From Hydrurus foetidus (taxonomy: Eukaryota), in NCBI GenBank assembly GCA_900617105.1, contig UYFQ01000240.1, positions 1 through 42,292 of the forward strand: 42,292 nucleotides of DNA. Reading direction: 5' to 3'. The translations under genes were made by a program, and so were the position numbers. Positions 25,101 to 38,946 of this stretch are shown here, piece by piece. The stretch's first letter is position 1, and each line of letters begins with the position of its first letter. The notes beneath the pieces were generated by a model. The model was not told the DNA's origin and did no database searches. It saw only the letters and a list, made by a program, of their open reading frames with translations.

Positions 25101-28100
25101 TACTTGTAGGATTCATTGACTGATAATACGTGCTGTGCTGTAAGCAAGGCTAACGACGGAAATATCTCAATAACCGTACCAACAAAAAAGTCAAAAAATA
25201 TTTCATCAATGTCATATTAACAGGATACAAATGCGATGCAAAAGTATTTACGAAGAGAACCGCTCTATGAAAAAAAGTACTTGTAGGATTCATTGACTGA
25301 TAATACGTGCTGTGCTGTAAGCAAGGCTAACGACGGAAATATCTCAATAACCGTACCAACAAAAAAGTCAAAAAATATTTCATCAATGTCATATTAACAG
25401 GATACAAATGCGATGCAAAAGTATTTACGAAGAGAACCGCTCTATGAAAAAAAGTACTTGTAGGATTCATTGACTGATAATACGTGCTGTGCTGTAAGCA
25501 AGGCTAACGACGGAAATATCTCAATAACCGTACCAACAAAAAAGTCAAAAAATATTTCATCAATGTCATATTAACAGGATACAAATGCGATGCAAAAGTA
25601 TTTACGAAGAGAACCGCTCTATGAAAAAAAGTACTTGTAGGATTCATTGACTGATAATACGTGCTGTGCTGTAAGCAAGGCTAACGACGGAAATATCTCA
25701 ATAACCGTACCAACAAAAAAGTCAAAAAATATTTCATCAATGTCATATTAACAGGATACAAATGCGATGCAAAAGTATTTACGAAGAGAACCGCTCTATG
25801 AAAAAAAGTACTTGTAGGATTCATTGACTGATAATACGTGCTGTGCTGTAAGCAAGGCTAACGACGGAAATATCTCAATAACCGTACCAACAAAAAAGTC
25901 AAAAAATATTTCATCAATGTCATATTAACAGGATACAAATGCGATGCAAAAGTATTTACGAAGAGAACCGCTCTATGAAAAAAAGTACTTGTAGGATTCA
26001 TTGACTGATAATACGTGCTGTGCTGTAAGCAAGGCTAACGACGGAAATATCTCAATAACCGTACCAACAAAAAAGTCAACAAATATTTCATCAATGTCAT
26101 ATTAACAGGATACAAATGCGATGCAAAAGTATTTACGAAGAGAACCGCTCTATGAAAAAAAGTACTTGTAGGATTCATTGACTGATAATACGTGCTGTGC
26201 TGTAAGCAAGGCTAACGACGGAAATATCTCAATAACCGTACCAACAAAAAAGTCAAAAAATATTTCATCAATGTCATATTAACAGGATACAAATGCGATG
26301 CAAAAGTATTTACGAAGAGAACCGCTCTATGAAAAAAAGTACTTGTAGGATTCATTGACTGATAATACGTGCTGTGCTGTAAGCAAGGCTAACGACGGAA
26401 ATATCTCAATAACCGTACCAACAAAAAAGTCAAAAAATATTTCATCAATGTCATATTAACAGGATACAAATGCGATGCAAAAGTATTTACGAAGAGAACC
26501 GCTCTATGAAAAAAAGTACTTGTAGGATTCATTGACTGATAATACGTGCTGTGCTGTAAGCAAGGCTAACGACGGAAATATCTCAATAACCGTACCAACA
26601 AAAAAGTCAAAAAATATTTCATCAATGTCATATTAACAGGATACAAATGCGATGCAAAAGTATTTACGAAGAGAACCGCTCTATGAAAAAAAGTACTTGT
26701 AGGATTCATTGACTGATAATACGTGCTGTGCTGTAAGCAAGGCTAACGACGGAAATATCTCAATAACCGTACCAACAAAAAAGTCAAAAAATATTTCATC
26801 AATGTCATATTAACAGGATACAAATGCGATGCAAAAGTATTTACGAAGAGAACCGCTCTATGAAAAAAAGTACTTGTAGGATTCATTGACTGATAATACG
26901 TGCTGTGCTGTAAGCAAGGCTAACGACGGAAATATCTCAATAACCGTACCAACAAAAAAGTCAACAAATATTTCATCAATGTCATATTAACAGGATACAA
27001 ATGCGATGCAAAAGTATTTACGAAGAGAACCGCTCTATGAAAAAAAGTACTTGTAGGATTCATTGACTGATAATACGTGCTGTGCTGTAAGCAAGGCTAA
27101 CGACGGAAATATCTCAATAACCGTACCAACAAAAAAGTCAAAAATATTTCATCAATGTCATATTAACAGGATACAAATGCGATGCAAAAGTATTTACGAA
27201 GAGAACCGCTCTATGAAAAAAAGTACTTGTAGGATTCATTGACTGATAATACGTGCTGTGCTGTAAGCAAGGCTAACGACGGAAATATCTCAATAACCGT
27301 ACCAACAAAAAAGTCAAAAAATATTTCATCAATGTCATATTAACAGGATACAAATGCGATGCAAAAGTATTTACGAAGAGAACCGCTCTATGAAAAAAAG
27401 TACTTGTAGGATTCATTGACTGATAATACGTGCTGTGCTGTAAGCAAGGCTAACGACGGAAATATCTCAATAACCGTACCAACAAAAAAGTCAAAAAATA
27501 TTTCATCAATGTCATATTAACAGGATACAAATGCGATGCAAAAGTATTTACGAAGAGAACCGCTCTATGAAAAAAAGTACTTGTAGGATTCATTGACTGA
27601 TAATACGTGCTGTGCTGTAAGCAAGGCTAACGACGGAAATATCTCAATAACCGTACCAACAAAAAAGTCAAAAAATATTTCATCAATGTCATATTAACAG
27701 GATACAAATGCGATGCAAAAGTATTTACGAAGAGAACCGCTCTATGAAAAAAAGTACTTGTAGGATTCATTGACTGATAATACGTGCTGTGCTGTAAGCA
27801 AGGCTAACGACGGAAATATCTCAATAACCGTACCAACAAAAAAGTCAAAAATATTTCATCAATGTCATATTAACAGGATACAAATGCGATGCAAAAGTAT
27901 TTACGAAGAGAACCGCTCTATGAAAAAAAGTACTTGTAGGATTCATTGACTGATAATACGTGCTGTGCTGTAAGCAAGGCTAACGACGGAAATATCTCAA
28001 TAACCGTACCAACAAAAAAGTCAAAAAATATTTCATCAATGTCATATTAACAGGATACAAATGCGATGCAAAAGTATTTACGAAGAGAACCGCTCTATGA

Positions 28101-31100
28101 AAAAAAGTACTTGTAGGATTCATTGACTGATAATACGTGCTGTGCTGTAAGCAAGGCTAACGACGGAAATATCTCAATAACCGTACCAACAAAAAAGTCA
28201 AAAAATATTTCATCAATGTCATATTAACAGGATACAAATGCGATGCAAAAGTATTTACGAAGAGAACCGCTCTATGAAAAAAAGTACTTGTAGGATTCAT
28301 TGACTGATAATACGTGCTGTGCTGTAAGCAAGGCTAACGACGGAAATATCTCAATAACCGTACCAACAAAAAAGTCAAAAAATATTTCATCAATGTCATA
28401 TTAACAGGATACAAATGCGATGCAAAAGTATTTACGAAGAGAACCGCTCTATGAAAAAAAGTACTTGTAGGATTCATTGACTGATAATACGTGCTGTGCT
28501 GTAAGCAAGGCTAACGACGGAAATATCTCAATAACCGTACCAACAAAAAAGTCAAAAAATATTTCATCAATGTCATATTAACAGGATACAAATGCGATGC
28601 AAAAGTATTTACGAAGAGAACCGCTCTATGAAAAAAAGTACTTGTAGGATTCATTGACTGATAATACGTGCTGTGCTGTAAGCAAGGCTAACGACGGAAA
28701 TATCTCAATAACCGTACCAACAAAAAAGTCAAAAAATATTTCATCAATGTCATATTAACAGGATACAAATGCGATGCAAAAGTATTTACGAAGAGAACCG
28801 CTCTATGAAAAAAAGTACTTGTAGGATTCATTGACTGATAATACGTGCTGTGCTGTAAGCAAGGCTAACGACGGAAATATCTCAATAACCGTACCAACAA
28901 AAAAGTCAAAAAATATTTCATCAATGTCATATTAACAGGATACAAATGCGATGCAAAAGTATTTACGAAGAGAACCGCTCTATGAAAAAAAGTACTTGTA
29001 GGATTCATTGACTGATAATACGTGCTGTGCTGTAAGCAAGGCTAACGACGGAAATATCTCAATAACCGTACCAACAAAAAAGTCAAAAAATATTTCATCA
29101 ATGTCATATTAACAGGATACAAATGCGATGCAAAAGTATTTACGAAGAGAACCGCTCTATGAAAAAAAGTACTTGTAGGATTCATTGACTGATAATACGT
29201 GCTGTGCTGTAAGCAAGGCTAACGACGGAAATATCTCAATAACCGTACCAACAAAAAGTCAAAAAATATTTCATCAATGTCATATTAACAGGATACAAAT
29301 GCGATGCAAAAGTATTTACGAAGAGAACCGCTCTATGAAAAAAAGTACTTGTAGGATTCATTGACTGATAATACGTGCTGTGCTGTAAGCAAGGCTAACG
29401 ACGGAAATATCTCAATAACCGTACCAACAAAAAAGTCAAAAAATATTTCATCAATGTCATATTAACAGGATACAAATGCGATGCAAAAGTATTTACGAAG
29501 AGAACCGCTCTATGAAAAAAAGTACTTGTAGGATTCATTGACTGATAATACGTGCTGTGCTGTAAGCAAGGCTAACGACGGAAATATCTCAATAACCGTA
29601 CCAACAAAAAAGTCAACAAATATTTCATCAATGTCATATTAACAGGATACAAATGCGATGCAAAAGTATTTACGAAGAGAACCGCTCTATGAAAAAAAGT
29701 ACTTGTAGGATTCATTGACTGATAATACGTGCTGTGCTGTAAGCAAGGCTAACGACGGAAATATCTCAATAACCGTACCAACAAAAAAGTCAAAAAATAT
29801 TTCATCAATGTCATATTAACAGGATACAAATGCGATGCAAAAGTATTTACGAAGAGAACCGCTCTATGAAAAAAAGTACTTGTAGGATTCATTGACTGAT
29901 AATACGTGCTGTGCTGTAAGCAAGGCTAACGACGGAAATATCTCAATAACCGTACCAACAAAAAAGTCAAAAAATATTTCATCAATGTCATATTAACAGG
30001 ATACAAATGCGATGCAAAAGTATTTACGAAGAGAACCGCTCTATGAAAAAAAGTACTTGTAGGATTCATTGACTGATAATACGTGCTGTGCTGTAAGCAA
30101 GGCTAACGACGGAAATATCTCAATAACCGTACCAACAAAAAAGTCAAAAAATATTTCATCAATGTCATATTAACAGGATACAAATGCGATGCAAAAGTAT
30201 TTACGAAGAGAACCGCTCTATGAAAAAAAGTACTTGTAGGATTCATTGACTGATAATACGTGCTGTGCTGTAAGCAAGGCTAACGACGGAAATATCTCAA
30301 TAACCGTACCAACAAAAAAGTCAACAAATATTTCATCAATGTCATATTAACAGGATACAAATGCGATGCAAAAGTATTTACGAAGAGAACCGCTCTATGA
30401 AAAAAAGTACTTGTAGGATTCATTGACTGATAATACGTGCTGTGCTGTAAGCAAGGCTAACGACGGAAATATCTCAATAACCGTACCAACAAAAAAGTCA
30501 ACAAATATTTCATCAATGTCATATTAACAGGATACAAATGCGATGCAAAAGTATTTACGAAGAGAACCGCTCTATGAAAAAAAGTACTTGTAGGATTCAT
30601 TGACTGATAATACGTGCTGTGCTGTAAGCAAGGCTAACGACGGAAATATCTCAATAACCGTACCAACAAAAAAGTCAACAAATATTTCATCAATGTCATA
30701 TTAACAGGATACAAATGCGATGCAAAAGTATTTACGAAGAGAACCGCTCTATGAAAAAAAGTACTTGTAGGATTCATTGACTGATAATACGTGCTGTGCT
30801 GTAAGCAAGGCTAACGACGGAAATATCTCAATAACCGTACCAACAAAAAAGTCAAAAATATTTCATCAATGTCATATTAACAGGATACAAATGCGATGCA
30901 AAAGTATTTACGAAGAGAACCGCTCTATGAAAAAAAGTACTTGTAGGATTCATTGACTGATAATACGTGCTGTGCTGTAAGCAAGGCTAACGACGGAAAT
31001 ATCTCAATAACCGTACCAACAAAAAGTCAAAAAATATTTCATCAATGTCATATTAACAGGATACAAATGCGATGCAAAAGTATTTACGAAGAGAACCGCT

Positions 31101-34100
31101 CTATGAAAAAAAGTACTTGTAGGATTCATTGACTGATAATACGTGCTGTGCTGTAAGCAAGGCTAACGACGGAAATATCTCAATAACCGTACCAACAAAA
31201 AGTCAAAAAATATTTCATCAATGTCATATTAACAGGATACAAATGCGATGCAAAAGTATTTACGAAGAGAACCGCTCTATGAAAAAAAGTACTTGTAGGA
31301 TTCATTGACTGATAATACGTGCTGTGCTGTAAGCAAGGCTAACGACGGAAATATCTCAATAACCGTACCAACAAAAAAGTCAAAAAATATTTCATCAATG
31401 TCATATTAACAGGATACAAATGCGATGCAAAAGTATTTACGAAGAGAACCGCTCTATGAAAAAAAGTACTTGTAGGATTCATTGACTGATAATACGTGCT
31501 GTGCTGTAAGCAAGGCTAACGACGGAAATATCTCAATAACCGTACCAACAAAAAAGTCAACAAATATTTCATCAATGTCATATTAACAGGATACAAATGC
31601 GATGCAAAAGTATTTACGAAGAGAACCGCTCTATGAAAAAAAGTACTTGTAGGATTCATTGACTGATAATACGTGCTGTGCTGTAAGCAAGGCTAACGAC
31701 GGAAATATCTCAATAACCGTACCAACAAAAAAGTCAAAAAATATTTCATCAATGTCATATTAACAGGATACAAATGCGATGCAAAAGTATTTACGAAGAG
31801 AACCGCTCTATGAAAAAAAGTACTTGTAGGATTCATTGACTGATAATACGTGCTGTGCTGTAAGCAAGGCTAACGACGGAAATATCTCAATAACCGTACC
31901 AACAAAAAAGTCAACAAATATTTCATCAATGTCATATTAACAGGATACAAATGCGATGCAAAAGTATTTACGAAGAGAACCGCTCTATGAAAAAAAGTAC
32001 TTGTAGGATTCATTGACTGATAATACGTGCTGTGCTGTAAGCAAGGCTAACGACGGAAATATCTCAATAACCGTACCAACAAAAAGTCAAAAAATATTTC
32101 ATCAATGTCATATTAACAGGATACAAATGCGATGCAAAAGTATTTACGAAGAGAACCGCTCTATGAAAAAAAGTACTTGTAGGATTCATTGACTGATAAT
32201 ACGTGCTGTGCTGTAAGCAAGGCTAACGACGGAAATATCTCAATAACCGTACCAACAAAAAGTCAACAAATATTTCATCAATGTCATATTAACAGGATAC
32301 AAATGCGATGCAAAAGTATTTACGAAAGAACCGCTTATGAAAAAAAGTAGTAGATTCATTGACTGATAATACGTGCTGTGCTGTAAGCAAGGCTAACGAC
32401 GGAAATATCTCAATAACCGTACCAACAAAAAAGTCAAAAATATTTCATCAATGTCATATTAACAGGATACAAATGCGATGCAAAAGTATTTACGAAGAGA
32501 ACCGCTCTATGAAAAAAAGTACTTGTAGGATTCATTGACTGATAATACGTGCTGTGCTGTAAGCAAGGCTAACGACGGAAATATCTCAATAACCGTACCA
32601 ACAAAAAAGTCAAAAAATATTTCATCAATGTCATATTAACAGGATACAAATGCGATGCAAAAGTATTTACGAAGAGAACCGCTCTATGAAAAAAAGTACT
32701 TGTAGGATTCATTGACTGATAATACGTGCTGTGCTGTAAGCAAGGCTAACGACGGAAATATCTCAATAACCGTACCAACAAAAAGTCAAAAAATATTTCA
32801 TCAATGTCATATTAACAGGATACAAATGCGATGCAAAAGTATTTACGAAGAGAACCGCTCTATGAAAAAAAGTACTTGTAGGATTCATTGACTGATAATA
32901 CGTGCTGTGCTGTAAGCAAGGCTAACGACGGAAATATCTCAATAACCGTACCAACAAAAAGTCAAAAAATATTTCATCAATGTCATATTAACAGGATACA
33001 AATGCGATGCAAAAGTATTTACGAAGAGAACCGCTCTATGAAAAAAAGTACTTGTAGGATTCATTGACTGATAATACGTGCTGTGCTGTAAGCAAGGCTA
33101 ACGACGGAAATATCTCAATAACCGTACCAACAAAAAAGTCAACAAATATTTCATCAATGTCATATTAACAGGATACAAATGCGATGCAAAAGTATTTACG
33201 AAGAGAACCGCTCTATGAAAAAAAGTACTTGTAGGATTCATTGACTGATAATACGTGCTGTGCTGTAAGCAAGGCTAACGACGGAAATATCTCAATAACC
33301 GTACCAACAAAAAAGTCAAAAAATATTTCATCAATGTCATATTAACAGGATACAAATGCGATGCAAAAGTATTTACGAAGAGAACCGCTCTATGAAAAAA
33401 AGTACTTGTAGGATTCATTGACTGATAATACGTGCTGTGCTGTAAGCAAGGCTAACGACGGAAATATCTCAATAACCGTACCAACAAAAAAGTCAACAAA
33501 TATTTCATCAATGTCATATTAACAGGATACAAATGCGATGCAAAAGTATTTACGAAGAGAACCGCTCTATGAAAAAAAGTACTTGTAGGATTCATTGACT
33601 GATAATACGTGCTGTGCTGTAAGCAAGGCTAACGACGGAAATATCTCAATAACCGTACCAACAAAAAAGTCAAAAAATATTTCATCAATGTCATATTAAC
33701 AGGATACAAATGCGATGCAAAAGTATTTACGAAGAGAACCGCTCTATGAAAAAAAGTACTTGTAGGATTCATTGACTGATAATACGTGCTGTGCTGTAAG
33801 CAAGGCTAACGACGGAAATATCTCAATAACCGTACCAACAAAAAAGTCAAAAAATATTTCATCAATGTCATATTAACAGGATACAAATGCGATGCAAAAG
33901 TATTTACGAAGAGAACCGCTCTATGAAAAAAAGTACTTGTAGGATTCATTGACTGATAATACGTGCTGTGCTGTAAGCAAGGCTAACGACGGAAATATCT
34001 CAATAACCGTACCAACAAAAAGTCAACAAATATTTCATCAATGTCATATTAACAGGATACAAATGCGATGCAAAAGTATTTACGAAGAGAACCGCTCTAT

Positions 34101-36543
34101 GAAAAAAAGTACTTGTAGGATTCATTGACTGATAATACGTGCTGTGCTGTAAGCAAGGCTAACGACGGAAATATCTCAATAACCGTACCAACAAAAAAGT
34201 CAAAAAATATTTCATCAATGTCATATTAACAGGATACAAATGCGATGCAAAAGTATTTACGAAGAGAACCGCTCTATGAAAAAAAGTACTTGTAGAATTC
34301 ATTGACTGATAATACGTGCTGTGCTGTAAGCAAGGCTAACGACGGAAATATCTCAATAACCGTACCAACAAAAAAGTCAAAAAATATTTCATCAATGTCA
34401 TATTAACAGGATACAAATGCGATGCAAAAGTATTTACGAAGAGAACCGCTCTATGAAAAAAAGTACTTGTAGGATTCATTGACTGATAATACGTGCTGTG
34501 CTGTAAGCAAGGCTAACGACGGAAGTATCTCAATAACCGTACCAACAAAAAAGTCAACAAATATTTCATCAATGTCATATTAACAGGATACAAATGCGAT
34601 GCAAAAGTATTTACGAAGAGAACCGCTCTATGAAAAAAAGTACTTGTAGGATTCATTGACTGATAATACGTGCTGTGCTGTAAGCAAGGCTAACGACGGA
34701 AATATCTCAATAACCGTACCAACAAAAAGTCAACAAATATTTCATCAATGTCATATTAACAGGATACAAATGCGATGCAAAAGTATTTACGAAGAGAACC
34801 GCTCTATGAAAAAAAGTACTTGTAGGATTCATTGACTGATAATACGTGCTGTGCTGTAAGCAAGGCTAACGACGGAAGTATCTCAATAACCGTACCAACA
34901 AAAAAGTCAACAAATATTTCATCAATGTCATATTAACAGGATACAAATGCGATGCAAAAGTATTTACGAAGAGAACCGCTCTATGAAAAAAAGTACTTGT
35001 AGGATTCATTGACTGATAATACGTGCTGTGCTGTAAGCAAGGCTAACGACGGAAATATCTCAATAACCGTACCAACAAAAAAGTCAAAAAATATTTCATC
35101 AATGTCATATTAACAGGATACAAATGCGATGCAAAAGTATTTACGAAGAGAACCGCTCTATGAAAAAAGTACTTGTAGGATTCATTGACTGATAATACGT
35201 GCTGTGCTGTAAGCAAGGCTAACGACGGAAATATCTCAATAACCGTACCAACAAAAAGTCAACAAATATTTCATCAATGTCATATTAACAGGATACAAAT
35301 GCGATGCAAAAGTATTTACGAAGAGAACCGCTCTATGAAAAAAAGTACTTGTAGGATTCATTGACTGATAATACGTGCTGTGCTGTAAGCAAGGCTAACG
35401 ACGGAAATATCTCAATAACCGTACCAACAAAAAGTCAACAAATATTTCATCAATGTCATATTAACAGGATACAAATGCGATGCAAAAGTATTTACGAAGA
35501 GAACCGCTCTATGAAAAAAAGTACTTGTAGGATTCATTGACTGATAATACGTGCTGTGCTGTAAGCAAGGCTAACGACGGAAATATCTCAATAACCGTAC
35601 CAACAAAAAAGTCAAAAAATATTTCATCAATGTCATATTAACAGGATACAAATGCGATGCAAAAGTATTTACGAAGAGAACCGCTCTATGAAAAAAGTAC
35701 TTGTAGGATTCATTGACTGATAATACGTGCTGTGCTGTAAGCAAGGCTAACGACGGAAATATCTCAATAACCGTACCAACAAAAAAGTCAAAAAATATTT
35801 CATCAATGTCATATTAACAGGATACAAATGCGATGCAAAAGTATTTACGAAGAGAACCGCTCTATGAAAAAAAGTACTTGTAGGATTCATTGACTGATAA
35901 TACGTGCTGTGCTGTAAGCAAGGCTAACGACGGAAATATCTCAATAACCGTACCAACAAAAAGTCAACAAATATTTCATCAATGTCATATTAACAGGATA
36001 CAAATGCGATGCAAAAGTATTTACGAAGAGAACCGCTCTATGAAAAAAGTACTTGTAGGATTCATTGACTGATAATACGTGCTGTGCTGTAAGCAAGGCT
36101 AACGACGGAAGTATCTCAATAACCGTACCAACAAAAAAGTCAACAAATATTTCATCAATGTCATATTAACAGGATACAAATGCGATGCAAAAGTATTTAC
36201 GAAGAGAACCGCTCTATGAAAAAAAGTACTTGTAGAATTCATTGACTGATAATACGTGCTGTGCTGTAAGCAAGGCTAACGACGGAAGTATCTCAATAAC
36301 CGTACCAACAAAAAAGTCAAAAAATATTTTATCAATGTCATATTAATAGGATACAAATGCGATGCAAAAGTATTTACGAACAGAACCGCTCTATGAAAAA
36401 AAGTACTTGTAGGATTCATTGACTGATAATACGTGCTGTGCTGTAAGCAAGGCTAACGACGGAAATATCTCAATAACCGTACCAACAAAAAGGTCAAAAA
36501 ATATTTCATCAATATCATATTAACAGGATATAAATGCGATACA
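7105..36543. repeat. Tandem satellite array, 177-bp monomer, ~166 copies, ~29.4 kb
   Basis: Monomer: gataatacgtgctgtgctgtaagcaaggctaacgacggaaatatctcaataaccgtaccaacaaaaaagtcaaaaaatatttcatcaatgtcatattaacaggatacaaatgcgatgcaaaagtatttacgaagagaaccgctctatgaaaaaaagtacttgtaggattcattgact. Period is 177 (e.g. 7111 to 7288). Variation is mostly A-tract length plus three recurring SNPs. Confidence 0.99.
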
Positions 36544-38399
36544 ATTTTGCAAAATAAAGTCGCCAACTAGGCTACCCGTGTCCAATAAAGCTTGGGCTTG
36601 AATTCTAGATCCGTTGGATCCCGTCCTTGCTTTATCCGTTTGTATCTGTGGGATGAAAACCATAACAGATAAAAATTTAGTTGTCGGAATATTTTTAGGA
36701 GGTGACGTATGTGTTATAGAACAATTAAGGTCATTAACATGAATATCAACTGAAACATTTTTTGTTTGTAAAATATCTGAGTGAACTTTATGTTGCACTA
36801 GTTTGTTTGTATGTAATACATTTAAATTGTCATTTATATTTGGTATAGTAGACTCAATGGGTTTACCTCCATCTTGGTCCATTGGCTGATTATCAGCTAC
36901 AATTGCGACGTTGTATGCCGTGTTGCTTTGGGGTTGGTTGTACCGGTTTTGGTTTCCCCCCCTACCTCCACCCTGGTTTCCCCCTTGGGGACCATTTTGG
37001 TTTTGGTTTTGATTGTTAAAATTACCTCGGCCTCCGCGACCCTGGTTATTATACCCTTGGTTGTTGTTCTTTTGGAACTTGCGGCCTTGGTTATTGAAAC
37101 CTTGGTTGTTAGTATTGTTGTTGTTGTTGTTGGGATTGTTGTTAGACTGATCCCTCGAACGTTTGTTGTTGTTGTTGTCAGCAACAGAATTCATTGCGTT
37201 GGGTGGAGTACCCAACGGTTGAAGTAATACTAACTTTTCATAACCCGGTAAAATGAGTTCAGGCATACGCTTTTTATGGCCTTGCTGAGCCCATAGTTTA
37301 CCCACTCTAGAGTTAATCCAATCGATGTGGTGATCTGTATTGGTGTCAGACCAGTAAAGGACAGGACAATCCGTTAGGATATGTTCGTCACTTCCGCAAG
37401 AGCGGCAGCATGCAGACCGTGCTAATGGTGGTACTGCTGTACTATCTGTACGTTTCGCCAGAATCTGTTTTGCTGTAGATTGGCCAGTAACCGGATCACG
37501 CGTCGCAAGTTTTATTTGCGGTTGACGGTTAGGATTAAACGGCATTATAGCCGGTGTAGGTGATGAGTAGATCTTGTCGATACTGCCATACATTTTCACC
37601 TCATTAATTTTTTTAAGAGCAGATGCCAGAATGAGCATTATGCGACGTTTGCATTGCATAAAAGTGTCGTCAGGAAGAGTTGTGTTACTTCCTCTTGCTG
37701 CAACATAATCAATTTTAATTTGATTTCCGTGTTCTAAACGTTTCTCGAGCGAAATTATTAGTTCATGCTCTTGTTCTGCTGTAACCTCGTTACCAGCTGA
37801 GACATAATTATAGAGTAAATCGTCCATTTTTGTGAACTGTTTAGCTCATAATAATTGTCATCAAGGGAATAGCAAAATGGGATCTCATTGAACGCTTGGT
37901 TCAGAGTTTTACCCATGTCTATTTTCTCCCCGAAATGCTTCATGACAATTTCAGCAATGTCTATTAAAGACATTTGCTCTGACCAACGCATGAAGAAATC
38001 ATCGTCATAGTCCATGAAGTCGATATCAGATTTTATAACTGTATCGATGAGGCGAAACGTCTGTAAAGTCGTTACCTCATTTATCGGAGTGTCAGGGACA
38101 CGTATCGCCTGTGTCTTAAACAGAACAGCCTCTTCAGGAGAGATGTGCGGCCCTTTCAATACGAACAAAGGTTGTTGTAATTGAACAGTCGAAGACTGAG
38201 GGCGACGTACATTGTCAGGTAATGAACCCTGCGAACGACGATTATCGAATGGTATCGGTGATGAACCCGAGCGTTGATTTGTCGAAGAATTACTCGACTG
38301 TGATTGCTGTTGACGCAATCTACCCGATGCTGTTTGAAAGCCATCAGAAGTTCGCAATATTCCCGAGGTGGGATCAGTGTTAGAAGAGCCGCTCGACAT
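36544..38399 (-). pseudogene. gag: gag plus N-half of protease, Ty3/Gypsy element B, truncated by the satellite array
   Basis: ORFs 37758..38408 and 36520..37827 join through a 1-bp frameshift near 37840. Contains the CRSCGSDEHILTDC knuckle, a N/Q/G-rich tract, then QAQALLDTGSLVGDF (DTGS at 36571-36582) in the same frame. The last codons (CIAFISC*) are read from satellite-like sequence. Confidence 0.9.
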
Positions 38400-38946
38400 A
38401 TCAAGCAATTAAGCCTGATATGGTTTAAGAGATATTACTGTCAAAAATGTTTCTGAAGAGAGCTAACTCTGGAATTTTTTTGCCAGAGTTTCCCCCTGTG
38501 TTGTAAGGTAGAAAACCTTGGAAACAACAGCAGGCAGTTCGAAACGAAGCAGGTATATGGTGAGAAGTCGAGATTTTTGACGTGTCAAAAATCTCGGTGA
38601 AAGCCAACCAAGCACAGTTGAGGCGAGAAAACGATTTAACGTTGCTCACTAACCCTTGGCAATCGTGCAAAACGATCTGGAAAGTGCACAAGCTCGAAAG
38701 CTTCGAGGATCCAAGTTGTGGTACTTAAACCGACGAAACTGGTCTCGGTGAAAATCCCCAGAGAAATCGTCTGCAGACGAACTTAATCGCTGAGATGGAT
38801 TTTCAGTAACGAAAAGACTTATCCACGAAGGCTCACACGAGTCCGCGTCTCTGTCGACAGAGGCTGGGATCTGGAGGTGGCGTATCGGGAAGGAGAGGTA
38901 GAAGTCGGAGGTATTAGCTAAAGAAGAGTGGACGGAATAGATCTAT
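38400..38946 (-). promoter_or_regulatory. 5' untranslated leader of element B, rich in palindromes and hairpins
   Basis: Lies between the LTR and the gag ATG (38399). Inverted repeats at 38465-38490, 38569-38596, 38767-38780, 38849-38862 and 38936-38947. Confidence 0.65.

Noticed and set aside
32321..32356. Diverged monomer marking an internal array boundary
   Set aside because: It is a cluster of small deletions in a single copy with normal neighbours, typical of a local long-read consensus error.
7105..36543. CRISPR array
   Set aside because: Units are identical along their whole 177 bp with no unique spacers, there are no cas genes, and the context is eukaryotic transposons.
7105..36543. 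Tandem 5S rRNA, spliced-leader or snRNA gene array (120-bp sub-unit, taagc and agtact-aggat fragments, Sm-like ATTTTTTG on the minus strand)
   Set aside because: GC is low, 5S box-like fragments are weak and out of order, there is no terminal 5S stem, and I see no match to spliced-leader sequences I know. An Rfam/Infernal search would settle it.
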